From Candidatus Anderseniibacteriota bacterium (GTDB lineage Bacteria; Patescibacteriota; Andersenbacteria; UBA10190): DNA of 64,000 nt. Where the stretch lies: NCBI GenBank assembly GCA_016197005.1, contig JACPWO010000001.1, forward strand, positions 153,134 to 217,133. The letters run 5' to 3'. Below, in pieces: positions 1 to 7,651 of the stretch (positions within the stretch are counted from its first letter, which is position 1; every line of letters starts with the position of its first letter). The notes beneath the pieces were generated by a model. The model made no database searches, was not told the origin of the DNA, and saw only the letters and a list, made by a program, of their open reading frames with translations. The translations under genes and the position numbers were made by a program.

Positions 1-755
1 TTTTCTGCGCTTTCTCAATAGCAAGAGTGGCCGGCTTGTCAGGATTATTTTTCTGGATATTACTTATTAGCTCGTGGCGTAGTTGCCGGTATTGCGTATA
101 AAACTTCTTTGAGATTTCCTCTTCCTCAATCCTGATGGCCGAGAGGATTCTTTCTGTGTTGCTTTGGCCAGTCTTGGCAATAAAATTTTGGCGGCATAAG
201 AGATAATAGAATTTGCGGAATTGGTAATAATTATCTTTTGGATCAACTAAATCTTTCAGCGTAAATTCTTCGTAGTCGAGTTGGTTATCACGGTAAATAC
301 GCATTTCATAAAAGTTTGTTACCAGCACAAAATCACACCGCGTATATTGTGGCTTGTATTTAAATGCTTGCTGTACGGGGGTTAAATTGCCTTCGCGCTG
401 CTGTGGCTTATCTAACGACGTATTAACGTCTTTAATCTCGCATACAGCGTGTACGTGCTTCGTATCAGGGGAGAAATAGCCCAAAGCAGCATCGGGCTTT
501 TGACCGCTCGTTTCAGTTCGCGCCTTCGGGTCAATCGTATAGGACTCTTTGGGAAAACTAATGTGATCTAAGACTTTAATAAATACATCATTATTAAAAG
601 CCTGTTCGCATTGCGACTCTGTTTTTTGTTGGAGTTCACCACTCTTGTAAGCGTCATACCAACTCGTCAATATTTTGAGCCTTGCATCAAAATCAGAGAT
701 ATCAAAATTCTCTAGTGCTTCCGTGATTGTCCGATCTTTAAAAAGCCGCGCCATA
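1..755 (-). CDS. Restriction endonuclease-like N-terminal domain (MmeI-like Type IIL/IIG or HsdR_N-like). It is partial: the N-terminus starts at 755 and the ORF runs off the window start.
   Basis: Hand translation of the reverse strand from the ATG at 755 gives MARLFKDRTITEAL...KPDAALGYFSPDTKHVHAVCEIKD...RCDFVLVTNFYEMRIY with no stop before position 1. The PD...E-x-K motif and the VLVxxF segment resemble the MmeI N-terminal nuclease domain. The ORF is absent from the track because it is open-ended. Confidence 0.5.
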
Positions 756-945
756 TGTTTAATCGTGGCTCCTTAAAAGCCGGCCTACTGTCTTATAGCC
801 GATTAATTCTTGCTCTTCTTTATTCTCTATATTCACGGACGATATTGTTAGCTAAGTTAACATTTGCTAACAATAATATACTGCACAGATTAGGCTTCTG
901 GCAAAGTTTTATTACGTTTAATTTTCTTCGGAACAGGGGCGTTGG

Positions 946-1224
946 CTACTTAAAATACTTGTCTATCACCGGTTTATCTCGTACCGCGTTCTTTCGTTTC
1001 AGCAATTCCCCTTTTACGACCCTATATGCTATCTGGAATATGTACACTGCGCCGAATATCTCTAGCCCGAATCGTACACCCTCCCAAGTACCACCAAAGA
1101 ACAAGAACATAACTGCTAAGGATAGTAGTATCGCCAATCCAAGCAGAATAGGTACTTGCAAAACTTCAATGACTTTATACATATCCAGCAAATTTCCTAA
1201 AGAGATCAGTAAAGGCAGAAACAA
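946..1224 (-). CDS. Possible small membrane protein (92 aa with a TTG start, or 78 aa from an internal ATG), 2-3 predicted TM helices.
   Basis: It lies on the same strand between the 170-aa gene and the nuclease-domain gene, and its sequence is strongly hydrophobic and helical. The AT-rich DNA could produce such an ORF by chance. Confidence 0.3.
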   Translation of the reverse strand: MFLPLLISLGNLLDMYKVIEVLQVPILLGLAILLSLAVMFLFFGGTWEGVRFGLEIFGAVYIFQIAYRVVKGELLKRKNAVRDKPVIDKYFK

Positions 1225-1687
1225 AAACTAGCTCATTCTCTCGTTTTAGTCCTTGGGCATAGCTAGAAATCTTTTTCCAAATTGGCTTTAAAATTCTTTC
1301 ATCTTTTTTATTAAATTCGTCCATTTCAGTCCACAAAGCATTACATTCGTCAGTACGGTCTAGGGTGGTGATAAAAGTTTCCTTTACGTGATCAGCGTTT
1401 TTAAAATTTACATTCTTTAAACTCAAAATCAGGAATAATATAATTATTTCGTAGAGCACATAAAACGCTTCTCGATTAAACGATTTAACTTTATTTTTGA
1501 TGATGCCGCTATCTGGATGAAATAATATATCTATCCCCTTATTGGCGGTTATGAGCATCTTAATCAATATTTCTTTTTCAGTGGATGCTTCCAAAGCATT
1601 CAGTTGCGAGAAGATATCATTCAATACGGGAACAGCGTTTTGATTGAAGTGGAGAGTATCGCCTTTGAATACTGAAAGTAACCCCAT
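1175..1687 (-). CDS. Hypothetical protein (170 aa)
   Basis: Its ATG lies 6 nt after the stop of the upstream gene at 1694, so the two genes are tightly coupled. I do not recognise the family. Confidence 0.5.
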   Translation of the reverse strand: MGLLSVFKGDTLHFNQNAVPVLNDIFSQLNALEASTEKEILIKMLITANKGIDILFHPDSGIIKNKVKSFNREAFYVLYEIIILFLILSLKNVNFKNADHVKETFITTLDRTDECNALWTEMDEFNKKDERILKPIWKKISSYAQGLKRENELVFVSAFTDLFRKFAGYV

Positions 1688-1693
1688 ACCGAT

Positions 1694-2554
1694 TCACTTA
1701 GTTAGAATCCTAATCGCCGTATCAACCCCGTACTTCGGTGCTTCAAAAATACTTTGTAATTTCGAATAATCACCGACCTCGCGGTAATACTTGGTCATTC
1801 CAGCAATTGATGTAACCAGAAAAAGTAGGGCGGTGTCCGACAAGGATTTAGCCAGATATTGAAAAAACATTACTGTTGAAACAGGGGCATAATACCCTTC
1901 ACCAACAGTATCCATCTGGGTTTGAATGACACGAGTACCGTCCGACTTTTCGTAAAGCTCACCGGCATATGTCTTTGTTACACTGCCGAATCCTGACTTT
2001 ACCAACTCTTGTCCGGAAGATAGTACATTTGCTCGTTTAGGAGAGCCATCATTAAACACAGAAACGCCGGCGGTAGTGATATGTTTAACCAGTGCATCAG
2101 CCGGCTCGCCACGGCCTAGATTAAAGAGCATCTTGGCGTAGTAAAGCGTAAACATTTGTACAAGATCACTTTCCCTGCTTGCATTCGCCATCGCCTCACT
2201 CATATATTCAACTGACGCTTTGTCTTCACCGTAGAATTGGATTATGACCGCGCCTATTTTCTTGGGTGAGCCCGTGTTAGCCTGATCTGGTTTTGGTGCT
2301 GATTCTGGTTGTGATGAAATATGGCGGCCGTATCTTACAAACCAGTAAGCGGCCATAAGCGCAAAGATTATCCCTCCGAGTACAATTACATCAAGGAAGG
2401 TTGAACCAGAAGCACCATCACGCTCTGATTGATTTAGGATTTTGGAGAAAGCGAGTAGAAGAAACCACCAGTTTCGACGTAGAAAACGAGAAAAATTGTA
2501 CGGCTTGTTTTCCTTATTGGTTAATCCAACAATAGCCGGTTCTTTATTCTTCAT
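1694..2554 (-). CDS. Hypothetical membrane protein (286 aa): two N-terminal TM helices and one C-terminal hydrophobic segment.
   Basis: It is a long ORF and the first gene of a co-oriented four-gene set ending in the restriction-like gene. Confidence 0.5.
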   Translation of the reverse strand: MKNKEPAIVGLTNKENKPYNFSRFLRRNWWFLLLAFSKILNQSERDGASGSTFLDVIVLGGIIFALMAAYWFVRYGRHISSQPESAPKPDQANTGSPKKIGAVIIQFYGEDKASVEYMSEAMANASRESDLVQMFTLYYAKMLFNLGRGEPADALVKHITTAGVSVFNDGSPKRANVLSSGQELVKSGFGSVTKTYAGELYEKSDGTRVIQTQMDTVGEGYYAPVSTVMFFQYLAKSLSDTALLFLVTSIAGMTKYYREVGDYSKLQSIFEAPKYGVDTAIRILTK

Positions 2555-2841
2555 ACTTTATTTTCATCAAGGGTTTAAAGCTGGCAGAAAACACAAAGCC
2601 CACCGCCAGCGGTGGCCGGAGCCACCTACGCAAGTTTCCCTGCGTAACCTTGATGAAGGGCTGAACGATGGGTTCAGTATCATCAAGGCTTCTAACACCA
2701 TATCTGTGCTCATTTAAGAGCATCAGGGTTAGGTGCTTGGCACTTATCGTGCCGTATTAAGTTGTTAAGTATGGTTTACAGCGAATATCACCATTAAGCA
2801 AGCGCGGCGCACTGCGCTGGGGCTGTCCTGTCTTACCGGCA

Positions 2842-3051
2842 CTATTTCTTTTTCTGGGCAGCATTAACAAGCTTGATGACATCTGTTTTTCGGAAGCGTC
2901 GATCTTTCCGCACACCAATCCGCACCGCTTTTAAAATTCCCTTCCGATCCCAAGCCCTCAAACTATTAGGGTGGACTTGAAGCAGTTGAGCGGCCTGTTT
3001 GAGAGTAAGAAGTTCGGGCAATTCCAAGTCTTTTAATGTGATCTCTGGCAT
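2842..3051 (-). CDS. Excisionase/MerR-like helix-turn-helix DNA-binding protein (69 aa)
   Basis: The sequence LTLKQAAQLLQVHPNSLRAWDRKGILKAVRIG is typical of the excisionase-family HTH. The gene is small, basic and divergent from a regulator gene. Confidence 0.6.
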   Translation of the reverse strand: MPEITLKDLELPELLTLKQAAQLLQVHPNSLRAWDRKGILKAVRIGVRKDRRFRKTDVIKLVNAAQKKK

Positions 3052-3130
3052 TTGCTTACTAAGTTACCATTAATTACCATTAGCATACAGCCTAGAGTAT
3101 AGGCTGACAATAAAACCTAAAGAATAAAAA
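3052..3130. promoter_or_regulatory. Divergent intergenic switch region with the tandem direct repeat taccatta-at-taccatta and the palindrome cagccta-gagta-taggctg.
   Basis: The repeats are visible in the sequence. The region sits between divergently transcribed excisionase-like and wHTH regulator genes. Confidence 0.35.
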
Positions 3131-3913
3131 ATGTTAGATTTAATCAAACTCAACGAGGAGATTCTTAAAAAAATTCAGATTCTCCTTAGCATAGTGCGTA
3201 GCTCTATCAACCTTGATGGTGGAAAGTTGGAAAGAGTAATCATTCCTAAAGTTAATTTTGAAAACAAAGGCTTATTACTAAGCGACGTTGAAACGCTACT
3301 GAATCGAATTGAACGAGAAGAAAACGAACTGCTTAGTATAGTGCCGCATAGCCCCCGCGATCACCAACCACGCCCATCGTCAAGTGATCACTTAATGATC
3401 GAGGCAATGTATGGCGTTCCCGCTGATGAGCATTATGCAGAGAAGAAGCAAAAATATAATGAAATCTATTCAAAAAGTTTTGAGATAAAAATACCTGATC
3501 ATAAGAGGCTAGATGAATTTGAAGAGTTGATAGATTCCGAGATAAAAAATCAGAGCAATCTTATTTGTGGAGAACTGCGCTTTAATTCTAGTACGGGCGA
3601 GGTTGAGTATTTTGATCTAAAAGATCGATTACTGCCTGGCACAAAAGAATTTTTATTATTGCGTGCATTATTGGCAAAAAAAGGAGAGTGGATCAGTTAT
3701 GAAGAAATCGTTAGGGTTATTGATCGAGATGAGAAAAAGGCGATGGTTAAGTCTGATGGTAAGAGAATTCGTTCTCTAGTTCGTAACATCAAAAATAAAC
3801 TTGGAATGACGGATGCGGGAGCAAAGAAGCTTGGTATTACTCCACCACTGCCCTCCCTTTTTTCAGAAGCTAAACAAAGAACCAGAAATGGTGTCGCGAT
3901 GACGTGCAATTAG
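3131..3913 (+). CDS. Putative transcriptional regulator: unrecognised N-terminal domain plus an OmpR/PhoB-type winged-helix C-terminus, with no receiver domain.
   Basis: The C-terminus LPGTKEFLLLRALLAKKGEWISYEEIVRVI...KRIRSLVRNIKNKLG matches the trans_reg_C pattern (LTxxEFxLLxxL...G.V.SRE.L....W......R.V.V.I..LR.KL). Confidence 0.5.
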   Translation: MLDLIKLNEEILKKIQILLSIVRSSINLDGGKLERVIIPKVNFENKGLLLSDVETLLNRIEREENELLSIVPHSPRDHQPRPSSSDHLMIEAMYGVPADEHYAEKKQKYNEIYSKSFEIKIPDHKRLDEFEELIDSEIKNQSNLICGELRFNSSTGEVEYFDLKDRLLPGTKEFLLLRALLAKKGEWISYEEIVRVIDRDEKKAMVKSDGKRIRSLVRNIKNKLGMTDAGAKKLGITPPLPSLFSEAKQRTRNGVAMTCN

Positions 3914-4089
3914 GGCTTATTTACGGGGCTATTTTTGCGCCTAAAATCAGGCGTTTTTTAGTTATCCACAGCCAGTAGTCCATATCACGTTCCTATCACG
4001 CCTGACGCTATGCGTTCTCCATTATTGATGCCACGACCCATTATAGACCGGCCACGCGCAGGAACGGACAATGAAGGCACGGTACAAAT

Positions 4090-4338
4090 ATGGAGAATCA
4101 AGTCAAACAAACGTGGCAAACAGATGATTTCTACTTATCAGCTTTTTGCCTTGCGTCGGGAGTAAAACTAGCTGATCTCGATAAATCAAATCCTCGACAA
4201 ATTTTCTTTGTCTTTAACGATTTTAAGGGCAGAGAAAATTTAGAGAGGGATTTTATTTTTGGTCGCACCACTGTTGATCCGAAAAAGTACGCAGCCGCGA
4301 TCAAAGAGTTAAAAAATCTAATGTACTCCAATGGTTAG
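4090..4338 (+). CDS. Small hypothetical protein (82 aa), DUF-like and element-associated.
   Basis: Clean ORF. The N-terminus TDDFYLSAFCLASGVKLADL resembles small phage- or plasmid-associated DUF proteins. Only a weak match can be judged by eye. Confidence 0.4.
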   Translation: MENQVKQTWQTDDFYLSAFCLASGVKLADLDKSNPRQIFFVFNDFKGRENLERDFIFGRTTVDPKKYAAAIKELKNLMYSNG

Positions 4339-4481
4339 TCAGGAGTTACTACGGGAGTTACAGATGATTATTCGTGAGGAACGAGGAATCGATTTAGATA
4401 TGAAAACCGTGAGCGCATTTGGCAATACGTGGGTGGATTTCTTCGCAACATTGGCGAAAATAAATCATCGAATAATAAAGT

Positions 4482-4766
4482 ATGAAGAAGATAAATCAAA
4501 ATCATAAATCTCCATTCTTTGAATCTGAATTATCGGAAGATGAGAGGTTAGCACTCACTTTGCTTCGGGATGATCCTCGCATAGCAGAGCATATAAGAAA
4601 AATGTTGAATGAGTATATTCCGATAGCTCCCGTTGATCAACGAACCCTACAAGTAGCCATTGACGCCTACTTGGTACTTTTGGCGGCTAAAGGAAACATA
4701 CGGGAGTGTATTCGGTTACTAAAAGAGGAAGTGGGCGCAGATTGGCCTAGGTTTTTTCAGGTATGA
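4482..4766 (+). CDS. Hypothetical protein (94 aa)
   Basis: Its stop overlaps the start of the primase gene (ATGA overlap), which suggests translational coupling. Confidence 0.4.
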   Translation: MKKINQNHKSPFFESELSEDERLALTLLRDDPRIAEHIRKMLNEYIPIAPVDQRTLQVAIDAYLVLLAAKGNIRECIRLLKEEVGADWPRFFQV

Positions 4767-6676
4767 GCGAATACTTCTTAAAAAAAGAAATCTCGCCGCC
4801 CAACAAGGCAACTACCTTGTTACCTCCTAGTACAAACTATCAACCAACGACTCTTTATGATTGGGCAAAATTCTACCGCGATGAATTACACTGGTCTATC
4901 ATTCCGATTATTAAGCGTACTAAAAAACCACTTGTTGAGTGGAAAGTTTTTCAAACGAGATTAGCAAATGATGAGGAGTTAGACCAATGGTTCAAGGGGA
5001 AAAGCAATCTTGAAGTAGGTATCGGTTTAGTAACTGGAAAATTATCAGGAGTAATTGTTGTCGATGAAGATACATATAAGCAAAAAGAAGGAGCTCCGGC
5101 GATACTATCAACGCTAAAATCAAAAACAGGACGGGGTGGAATTCATCATTTCTTTCAGCTCCACAATGAGTTACGTAATTCTGTAAATGATGAATTGGCT
5201 GTCGACATACGAGCAGAGGGTGGTTTTGTTGTTTTGCCTCCTACAATTCACCCCAACGGAAAGCAGTATGAGTGGATTGATCAAGCGAGGTTCGGCCATA
5301 TTCCAGAGCTACCGCCGGCAATCCTACAGGCAATTTTGCCCGCTAATAAACGGGCAGCCAATAACGGCAACGCTAATTTTAGAGAACCCCTAAAGGCTCA
5401 AGACTTTATTGGACTCAACCAAGGCAGTCGAAATGATCGCTTGCATCAATTCGTATGCTCTCTTTTAAATAAACACCCAGAAGGCGAAGCACGAACCTTA
5501 GCGTGGGCAATGAACCTCACTTTCAACCCACCCTTAGGAGAGAAGGAGTTTAATACGTTGTTTGATTCAGCGATTACTTTCATTAGGGCAAACCCCAAGA
5601 GCAGCTCTTATTCAAACAACAAAAAAGAAATCGATAAGCAACGGGATAAATGGCAATTTTTTAGTGCCGATGACTTAAAGGAGAAGGATTTACCGCCACC
5701 AGAATTTACTGTTACCCCTTTGGCCGTAGAGGACGGAATCAATATGATATCGGGCGATCCGGCATCAATGAAGAGTATGGTACTCGTTCATATGGCTATA
5801 CAAATCACTAAGGGAGAAAAAGTCTTTGGTAAGTTTGACTCCAAACAATCGGGTGTGCTGGTTGTTGATGATGAAAATGGCGAACGTGAATTAAAGAAGC
5901 GGTTTAATAAATTAGGAGCGTTTAGTGCGTCTTTGCCGCTTCACTACATTGCATACCCTGATCCACCAATGGCATTTGAGCTAGCCGATGTTCAATACTT
6001 GATTACCAAATGCAAAGAAATGAAAGCATCGGTTATTATGTTTGACTCTTACGTTCGATTTTTAGATGGGAAAAGTGAGAACGAATCATCTGATACCTCT
6101 GAAATTAACCGGACTTTGAAGGAGTTTGTTAAGACTGGTATCACTGTCATCTTTATTCATCACCATCGCAAAGCCGGTCTTGTTAAGGCTAAGGGTGGCC
6201 AAGAAGCACGTGGTAGCAGCGATCTTCTTGCAGGCGTTAATTCTCACCTAATTGTTTCGAAGAAAAAAGATAGCCTTGTTATTAAACAAGTAAAGCTTAG
6301 AGAGGATAAGGCACTTGAACCATTCGAGGTAATGGCAGTTGATAGTGAAAATAAAACTAAACTTTCATTCGAATACGTTGGGGAAGTAAAGCCAGAAGCA
6401 GACCTTCTCGAAGAAGCCAAAACAGCGATTTTAGATATACTTTCCCAAAGCGATAGACCCTTGTACACAAAAGAAATTAGCGACGCGGTTAGTGAGGCAG
6501 TGGGGATAGGCAAGAAAACGTCAGATAACGCCCTCAAAGAATTAGTTTCTGAAAAGTCAGTTGAGCTAGACCCCAATAAACACGAAAAAAACAGAAATTA
6601 TTACTACCTACCAGACGATAAGCCGAGCAACGATGAACCCGTTGACGAGATTCAGAAGGCACTAGACCAGATATGA
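4763..6676 (+). CDS. Phage/plasmid-type primase-helicase: bifunctional Prim-Pol N-terminal domain plus a P-loop (AAA_25/RepA-like) domain.
   Basis: The N-terminus YDWAKFYRDELHWSIIPI...VIVVDEDTY is the Prim-Pol pattern. The central part has the P-loop-like segment GDPASMKSMVLVHMA and VLVVDDENGE, which is Walker B-like. The gene is long and sits inside the element. Confidence 0.75.
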   Translation: MSEYFLKKEISPPNKATTLLPPSTNYQPTTLYDWAKFYRDELHWSIIPIIKRTKKPLVEWKVFQTRLANDEELDQWFKGKSNLEVGIGLVTGKLSGVIVVDEDTYKQKEGAPAILSTLKSKTGRGGIHHFFQLHNELRNSVNDELAVDIRAEGGFVVLPPTIHPNGKQYEWIDQARFGHIPELPPAILQAILPANKRAANNGNANFREPLKAQDFIGLNQGSRNDRLHQFVCSLLNKHPEGEARTLAWAMNLTFNPPLGEKEFNTLFDSAITFIRANPKSSSYSNNKKEIDKQRDKWQFFSADDLKEKDLPPPEFTVTPLAVEDGINMISGDPASMKSMVLVHMAIQITKGEKVFGKFDSKQSGVLVVDDENGERELKKRFNKLGAFSASLPLHYIAYPDPPMAFELADVQYLITKCKEMKASVIMFDSYVRFLDGKSENESSDTSEINRTLKEFVKTGITVIFIHHHRKAGLVKAKGGQEARGSSDLLAGVNSHLIVSKKKDSLVIKQVKLREDKALEPFEVMAVDSENKTKLSFEYVGEVKPEADLLEEAKTAILDILSQSDRPLYTKEISDAVSEAVGIGKKTSDNALKELVSEKSVELDPNKHEKNRNYYYLPDDKPSNDEPVDEIQKALDQI

Positions 6677-6937
6677 AATCGCATCAATACACCTCACCAG
6701 ACAGTTACGCAGTATTTCTCCCCTATAAGGGGAGGAAATACTGCTCTACTGCTGTGGTTATGAGGCTAAAGAACCAGTTGCGCAGTTCAGTTGCGCACAT
6801 CAATAATCAGAATAAACGGCTTAATCAAGGGTGCAATAGATTCAGTCGCGCAGTAGCGCAAAGAGGAGGTGATCATTAGAAATGAGCCAAAAGATCAAGT
6901 TAGGCTTAAAGCATCGTGAGTTGTATCGTGAGTAAGC

Positions 6938-7336
6938 TTGGTGTGGGATATAATAGAGTTGATGGAAAACAGCACAAAACAGAGCTATGTGTGGCAAGAA
7001 GTGGAATTCATTGAGGCATTTACCAACCCATTATCATCAACATTTGCCAACGGCCGACGATCCGCGCTGCAAGTGGGATATAGCCCTTGGTATGCCCGTA
7101 ATATCCGCTCACACTTCCCACCTCACCGGATTATGAAGCTGCAAAGAATCGTTGAGGCTAGAAGGGCGGTTACAGGCGACGAGCAAGAGAACAAAATAAT
7201 ATTTGAGTACGTTGATAAACCATTGACGCGGCGGATCGTTCGCAAGAATCGACGAGCCCTACCATCACACTTACAGCCTACCCCCTTTGAACAGGTATCG
7301 CGCGAGCTCGATGAACTGCTTGGCCCGATAGAGTGA
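6938..7336 (+). CDS. Hypothetical protein. The ATG at 6962 is the more likely start.
   Basis: The ORF lies between the primase gene and the recombinase gene. I do not recognise the family. Confidence 0.4.
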   Translation: MVWDIIELMENSTKQSYVWQEVEFIEAFTNPLSSTFANGRRSALQVGYSPWYARNIRSHFPPHRIMKLQRIVEARRAVTGDEQENKIIFEYVDKPLTRRIVRKNRRALPSHLQPTPFEQVSRELDELLGPIE

Positions 7337-7514
7337 TTATCACTTATTGACTAGTTTCAAGAGGTCGCTAGAGCCTCTACTAACAGGATATGCTCAAAAA
7401 AGATGGTTAATTTGTAGAGTAATATTAAGTAATGTAGTGCAAAAATGATCAAAATCGCTTCAAAATCAATTAAAATGCCTTCAAAAAGTTACCTTTATGC
7501 GCTATAATATGAAC

Positions 7515-7620
7515 GTGATCCAGCTAAATACAAAAGCCCAGAGTTTTTTATTTGCGTCGCTACCCGTAAAGGGGCAGTCTGCTAGCGACGTATTCCTCTG
7601 GGAGTATATTGCTGGATCAC
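7515..7620 (+). repeat. Nested inverted repeats forming a long imperfect hairpin in the leader of the serine recombinase gene.
   Basis: The pairs are gtgatccagc (7515-7524) with gctggatcac (7611-7620), cccagag (7537-7543) with ctctggg (7596-7602), and cgtcgcta (7555-7562) with tagcgacg (7583-7590). A TATAAT box sits just upstream at 7503-7508. Confidence 0.45.
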
Positions 7621-7651
7621 AACAGGCTGTCCCTTTTAGGTTATTGAAATT

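Noticed and set aside
755-1231. Plus-strand 158-aa ORF in the gap upstream of the restriction-like gene
   Set aside because: Its composition is low-complexity and AT-driven, and it lies antisense to the co-oriented minus-strand operon with no SD. It is likely spurious.
2442-2717. Plus-strand 91-aa ORF overlapping the 286-aa minus-strand gene
   Set aside because: It is antisense to a better-supported gene and its composition is highly basic and artificial.
4364-4507. 47-aa ORF with a GGGAG SD overlapping the start of 4482..4766 in another frame
   Set aside because: It is possible but unconserved-looking. It overlaps a longer, translationally coupled ORF and was not counted as a feature.
6244-6576. 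Antisense ORFs inside long genes (for example 6244..6576, 14030..14338, 16395..16667, 44960..45451, 49288..49988)
   Set aside because: They are embedded antisense to genes with strong homology and are typical frame shadows.
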